64,000 bases of DNA from NCBI RefSeq assembly GCF_009914755.1, contig NC_060934.1; one strand, 5' to 3'. Each line of letters begins with the position of its first letter. Position 1 is the first letter of the stretch. This DNA is from the human T2T-CHM13v2.0 reference genome, Homo sapiens. A model generated the notes under the pieces. It searched no databases. It was not told the origin of the DNA and saw only the letters and a program-made list of their open reading frames with translations. Below are positions 55,470 to 64,000 of this stretch, one piece after another. The translations under genes and the position numbers were made by a program.

Positions 55470-55646
55470 CAGGACAGACTACAGAAGTTGCAGGGCCCGG
55501 GGCAAAATGAAAATGTGGCACCCCTTGTACAAAAGCATTAAGCATTTCATGATGGCAACAGCAGAGCATTAAACCAAAAATGGGGCTTTTGTGAATTTGG
55601 GGTCCTGTGCAACTGCCCAGGCCATATGCCCAGGAAGCAGGCCCTG
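55470..55646. mobile_element. MER45A-like hAT-Tip100 MITE
   Basis: gcaaaatgaaaatgtggcaccccttg...gcagagcattaaacc...gaagcaggccctg. Confidence 0.7.
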
Positions 55647-55716
55647 CACACACATGTTGTGTTTACACCAAGGCACTTTTCTGGTTAAAGGGCTCCAGGC
55701 TTCCATTAGAATCTCA

Positions 55717-56076
<360 letters not shown>

Positions 56077-57064
56077 TCAGTGTCAGACAGGCCTGGGTTT
56101 GAGTCCCAGGCACGTTACTTATCCCCTGCAGGACTGGACTAAGTTCTGTGCCCTTCCGAGCCTGTTTCCTGGTCTGTAGAAGGGGGATTGTCATAACACT
56201 GACCTCCCAGTGCAGGAGAGATGGGAGCCAGCTCGATACAGTATGTGGCATGTTTCAAGCTCCCAGTCAGTGGTTGGTTAGTTAACCTTTAGTTAGGTCT
56301 GTTCTGCTTGTTATTGTGTGATGTCACCTAGAAGTTTCTAAATCCTCCTGCCAGTTTAACCTCAGCTAGCTGTGCCTTCCGTGGATGTCCCCAGCAGGCC
56401 CAGCACAAAGCATGGCAGGAGCTCTCGGGGACCCGAGTTGGCGTTTCTGTCACCTGGTCTGCTGTGAAAAGGGGTGGGCTGCACAGGCTCAGCTGGCCTC
56501 TTCCTCCGGCCCTGAGCGTTCGTTGGCTGACCTGACGGATCTGCTGTGCAGTATCTGTACTGTAAGAACATGTGACGGGGCAGCAGCCTGAGAGGACCTA
56601 GGGCTGGCGGATGCAGGGTTCTAGGCTGAGCTCAAAGGGTCTGGGCCCCTACCTGATAGCTTCTGAGTCAGTGTCACTCTGGACAGAGCCTTTTTCCAAA
56701 GCAGGACACCCAGGAGAGGGTTCTCAGGAGACCTGGGGCCCAGTGGCCCTTGGTGGCTGTATTTCCCCTCCAGTGTGGTAGCTCCTCAGGGGTCTCTGTG
56801 CTGCCTCCCCAGTTGTCCCCACTGGGTCTGCTAGCATCACAGGGAGAAGCCCCCTGTTACCTAGTCACCCCTTCCCTCCTTTCCCCAGCCTGATCTCCTA
56901 GTCCCTCCCCTCCTCTTTCAGGGCAGAGACTCCCAGTGGAGAGGAAGGAGGGGGACACCAGGCTCTAGGGCCTGAAAGGAGGGGCTGAGACGCCTGGTGT
57001 GACCTCACCTTGGGACATTACAGCCCCTCGGGCCTCCATTTCCAAGGCTGTAGCGTGCAAGTGA

Positions 57065-57914
<850 letters not shown>

Positions 57915-58734
57915 TGAAATATTTTTAAGTGAAAAATGAAAATTGCAAAACAACACATACAGTATAAATAATTTATATGAAAACAAACTGCTATACATTC
58001 TCTAAACATACTGATGTGCAGGGAAAGGTCTAGAAAGATATATTTTACATGGGTTATAGCGGTTACCCGAAGGGGCTGAAGGGGTGACCAAGGAGGATTT
58101 TCACCCTCCGGAGCCCTTCCCCCAGGCGCAGCGAGCCTATCCAGGCGCCCAGACCCCACAAAAGGAATGGAATTTCTAATCCCAGGGCTAGGGCCAGGTT
58201 GTACCACTGGCACTCAGAGTGGGAATCCTGTGTGGCTTGTAAATAACTAACTTCCTGGCCACTGATAGTAAAACTGCCACAGTCACCTTTTATTAACCAC
58301 CCACCAAGGGCAAGGCACGGCCCGGCATCTCCCTCACAGCAACAAGGTGAGTATTATAAGCATGGAATTGACCGTCAAGAACTGCAGGGTCTGAGTTTCA
58401 CCCTGCTTTTAGGCTAGCAAGGTAGCCTGCCATGGTTTCATGGATGCTGGCAGAAGACGCAAGACTCCTGGGACCCAGACAAAGGGCTTTATTGCTCAAA
58501 CACAACAGGCAACAGGAGTTCATGTTCGCCTTGGTTCCCCTTGTCTCGTGGGGCAGATTTGGAGGTGGGCCCATGTTCAGTGGGTTTAGCTGAAGAACCC
58601 CAAACCTGGAAAACTCCCAGTCTTAGGAGGGGGCTTCCAGCAAACTTGCCCAATCTTTGCCCTGATGGGAAGCATTGTTTTTATTCCCCTGGAAAGCAAA
58701 CAAATAAATCTTCCCTCTTCCCTGGAGGGAGACG

Positions 58735-59338
58735 CCAAAATCGCTAAGCCAAAGGGAAGAATCAAGCTGGGAACTAAGTCAAGCAGGTCCTTAACCTGGG
58801 AACTGAGTAGTGCAAACCTGCCTCCCAAGACAAAGCTACATACCTCCCTCACAATTTGCCTACAAGGAAATTCCTTGTCCTCCCTCACAATTTGCCTACA
58901 AGGAAATTCCTTGTGGACAAAGGACAGACAGAGTTCAGAGTCATCCCTCTGCTCACAGGAGACAAATGCAGGTCTGATTATTTCCTCTGCCCTATTGTTT
59001 CACTAAGCCAGACTACGGCACAAGTAGCTATTCCTGTAAATTGGGTATTCAGTGAAAAGCTAATCAGAAACTCAAAAGAATGCAACCTTTTGTCTCTTAT
59101 CCACCCTATGACCTGGAAGCCCCCTCCTTGCTTTGAGTTGTCCCACCTTTCCAGACTCAGCCAATATACATCTTACATACATTGACTGATGTCTCATGTT
59201 TTCCTAAAATGTATAAAACCAAGCTGTGCCCCGACTACCTTGGGCATGTGTCCTCAGGACCTCCTGAGGACGCATCCTTAACCGTGGCAAAATAAATTTT
59301 CTAAATTGATTGGGACTTGTCTCAGCTACTCTGTGTAC
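58735..59338 (+). mobile_element. MER4 (MER4B-like) LTR lacking its extreme 5' end
   Basis: ctaagccaaagggaag...tcagaaactcaaaagaatgcaacc...tgtataaaaccaagctgtgccccgac...aataaa. Confidence 0.8.
58843..58914. repeat. Perfect 36-bp tandem duplication
   Basis: cctccctcacaatttgcctacaaggaaattccttgt x2. Confidence 0.95.
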
Positions 59339-60579
59339 ACTTCCTAGGCTGTTGACTACACAAACGTCCTTGAAAAGATAATCCAGAACAAAAGCTGTCA
59401 CAAGACAAGCAGGAATGCAAGGGGCCCTGGAGAACGATCTCCCAGCGTCAACAGACTGGGGAAGGGAGGCGCTCAGAAGTTGAGTCACTTCTAAAGGTCA
59501 CACAGCCAGGACACACCTGACCCCAAAGCCCTTGTCTTTCCCTCCTGCCTCCAAAATGGGCTGCTGGTCTAGCCTGGGAACCAAACACCCACACGCAAGA
59601 TTGCTTCCAAGTGAGTGTCCATGGTGTCATGGTTATCACGGTCACCTAGCAATATTGCTTCCACGGGAAAATCCGCTCTGAGTTCTGAACAACGACTTGT
59701 AGCAGAATCGTGGGCACAGGGCCTGTCTGTGGCTTGTGGAGCAGGCGCCGCCCAGATGTGCCTGATGCTGGGATCGAGTCATCCCAGAAGAAAAAATTCC
59801 TCCCTGGCTGCCCCTGGGTGATGTCAGAGGAGCTGGAAAGAAGAAATGAGCTTCTGGAGGTGGGATAAATGCTCTTTTCTTTTGCAGAAGGAAAAAAAAA
59901 GGTCACGTTGTTCCATATTTATTTAAATATGAAATTTATTTATAGAGCAAAAAGAGTTGGTGTTGACTTCCAGCACCCGGCCGGGAAGTGGTTTGGCCTT
60001 GTTTTTGTCTCCTCAGAGCACCCTGTCCCCTGGTGACCTAATGTGATTTTTCAGAGTTGGAGGCTAGACCCTGTCCCCAGGCTTTCAGACCTCCCTGGTC
60101 CCACCCAGTCTCTGGAGCCCATCCATCCCCGCCTGGAGAATGGCAGGTTGGGGCTCAAGCTTGGCACTGGGCTCCTCTGTCACTCAGTCCTCATCTGCAA
60201 AATGGAGGCGCGCACATCTGCCTCATGCCGCCCTCGCAGATAAAAAGCAGTCAAATAGTAAGCCAAGCAGCTTCTCACTTGGTAAATTGCTAATATGTGC
60301 ATCTGTATTTATAGAGAAGGGAGCTGAGGTTTCAAGGCTTCCCTATCTGTAGTCAGCCACTGTCCCATAGTAGCCTTTGAAGAAGGTACGTCCCTGTCAC
60401 AGCGCCCCTCTCGACTTCCTCCCGGCCACCCAGGAGGAGGTGTCTTCCACAGCTGTGCCTCTGAGCTGTCCCTGAGTCGCATGAGGTTTGTATTCTCAGA
60501 GGCTTGGGCAGGGCTGAGACTGGGGCCTCGTCCTGTAGAGAGTGAGGACTCTTACCCAGGAGATGCTCCCTACAAGACC

Positions 60580-60760
60580 CTTTAACATTGCTTATTGCAT
60601 TTTAACTTCACAGCAACCCTGGGAGAAAAAAAGCTTTAACGCCGTTTTACAGATGGAGAAACCTAGGTTCTGAGGGTCTTGTGTGGCCAGGCCTCACGGC
60701 CAGTGGGGGTCAGAGATGGGACTAGAACAGGGACAAGTCTTCCACTGTCTAGGCCTGGCT
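60580..60760. mobile_element. MIR
   Basis: cacagcaaccctggg...ttttacagatggagaaac. Confidence 0.65.
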
Positions 60761-61544
60761 TCCTGTCCCCACACTGGAAAGCTTCTGAACCGTGACGCCG
60801 GACTGAGTGCCTGCACCCCTGATGCCATCTCTGATGTCTCACGTGTTGTGGTACAGCCTCAGTTTCCCCCTCTGTGCCCTGGGATGATGCCGGGCTTCTC
60901 GCCACCTGAGATTCTCATGGGATTCTAAGTTCTCCTCAGTTGAACTGTGTGGAGTTAGTTTGGAAAAGTCCAGAGAGGGTCAGTGATGTACCCAGGGTCA
61001 CCCAGTGAGCTGAAGCATGCCAGGACAAGGTCCGAGCCCCCCGCCGTAGGGTCAGGGCTCTGCCAGCCACACCTCCATGGCACAGGCCTCTGCAGGGAAG
61101 TGGTGGTGGTGGATGGGTGGCCGCCCTGACTCAGGGTGAGCACTGAGAACCCTGTTCTTGCCTTATGTGAAACCATTCCTGGGTATGTCCCAAATAAGCT
61201 CCCATGGCAGACAGGGAAATTACAGGGCGGGGTGGCGGTGAGGAGGCCAGGAAAGACTAGGAGGACAGAGAGGATGGAAAACCAGGAGGAGCAGGCCAAC
61301 CGCCCACACTTTCCTGCCAAGGGATGACTGGCAGCTGTGGAGATGGCACCTGCAGCAAGGTGCACCCAGGGGCCTTGGGGAGGGCCAGGCCCCCATCTCG
61401 GGAGATGCCTATCTGACCCAAGGCTGGACAGCTGGGGCTGGAGATGACCCCATGACATCTCTCACCACCCAGGCAGGGTAATGAAGGTGTCCCCTTCGCC
61501 TGGAACACTTGCTGCTCCCTCATACTTCAGGCCTTAGTTTCTCT

Positions 61545-62400
<856 letters not shown>

Positions 62401-62784
62401 CTCAGTTTCGAGTCACCTTCTCAGGAGGGCCTTCCTGACCTGCCTGGGTAGAGCAGCCCAGCCTGCTGGGTGCTGGTGACTATTTTCACATGCTTTATTT
62501 CTGCCTCATCGTCCTGGATCCACAAACTTGTGAAATCCATGGAGCTCAGCTTTGTCTGGCTTCCCCCACTGCCTCCAACACCCAGCACAGGGCCTGGCTT
62601 GCAAGGGGTGCCTGGTCCCTCTGCACGAGGCCCAGAACTATCATCGTAGTTCACTTGCTCACAGGACAGGATGACAGGAGGGCAAGCTGCACCAGTAGGT
62701 GTTCACGGATGCATGGGATAAAGGCAGGGCCCCACACAAGATAAAAATGCAGGGCTCTAGTTCAAGGATTCCTGAGCAAGGTTA

Positions 62785-63300
<516 letters not shown>

Positions 63301-64000
63301 TAAACCAAACGCCAAGCCCTTCTAAGCACAGGGCCTGGGCGATAGCACAGGCCACATACCTGGGAAGCAGCCTGGGCAGGAGGCCTGAGAAGCAAATGTG
63401 GGGTGCCCCAGGCCCCCACAGCCCTTGGAAGCAGGAAAGGCGTCCCTGTGAAGGAACCCTGTGGGTGGGGGTGAGGATGGGGGAGGAACCAGGGGCCTGA
63501 GCTGCAGAAGGGGTAAAGGTGTGACTGCGGGCAGGACCCAGGGCCCCTCTCTGAGGGTCCTCAGCACAGGGGGGCTGCCATGAAGTTGGGCACTGCCCAT
63601 GCAGGCCATGCAGCCCATCTACAAAGAGACCCCCATAGCTGCAGGGCCCCAGCAGCTGGGACATCAGAGTTCAGCCACCCACAACCCATGAGTGTCCCCT
63701 GCATCCCGAGTCTGCTCCTGTCCCCAGCAACAAGCAAAACAAAGATGGAAGGAGCCCCCTCAGTGTCAGAGACCCCTCACCGTGAGGGTTCAGCTCTGAC
63801 CCCCACTAGGGCGTGCAGAAGCAATGCCCAATCAGGAACAAGACCAGCACTTTAAATTAGACAGGACTCATTCAGAAAACTATGTCAGCAGAAAAACAGA
63901 GAATCTTCTCAAGATATCTCCAAGGGGTAGAAATTGGGGCATTTGGCTTTCCCCAGCTGATAGCAGTGTTTGGGTGGAAAGTAACATGCCTTCATATTCA

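Larger units (their letters stand above)
58373..59448 (-). mobile_element. Old ERV LTR (family uncertain) split by a MER4 LTR, itself inside a MIR
   Basis: gtttcatggatgctggcagaagac...ctttattgctc, resuming at ~59340 as ctaggctgttgactacacaaacgtccttgaaaagata; MIR halves on both sides. Confidence 0.6.

Overview
Primate (very probably human) genomic DNA from the CHST3 locus (chondroitin 6-O-sulfotransferase 1; human 10q22 by prior knowledge). The window starts inside intron 1; no promoter or exon 1 is visible. Exon 2 spans 26569-26815 with the ATG at 26676, followed by a 1.19 kb intron 2. The large terminal exon 3 starts at 28005, has its stop at 29304 and carries a ~5 kb 3'UTR to a probable ATTAAA poly(A) signal at 34362. 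The spliced CDS is 1440 nt, encoding 479 aa. The rest is repeat-rich intronic and intergenic DNA: more than 40 Alu/FLAM copies, MIR, L2, old L1, MaLR and ERV LTRs, MER5/MER20/MER30/MER45, MADE1 and a full-length, heavily nested Tigger1. Nearly all other ORFs in the track are Alu-derived or chance ORFs. I found no convincing new gene or biological system. The most unusual structures are retrotransposition oddities: two AluY copies plus a foreign 134-bp spacer inside one 18-bp TSD (possible Alu-mediated transduction), and a 5'-inverted Alu that looks like twin priming. There are also several testable post-transcriptional control elements of CHST3. Repeat subfamily names come from recalled consensus sequences, and repeat boundaries without a TSD are approximate.
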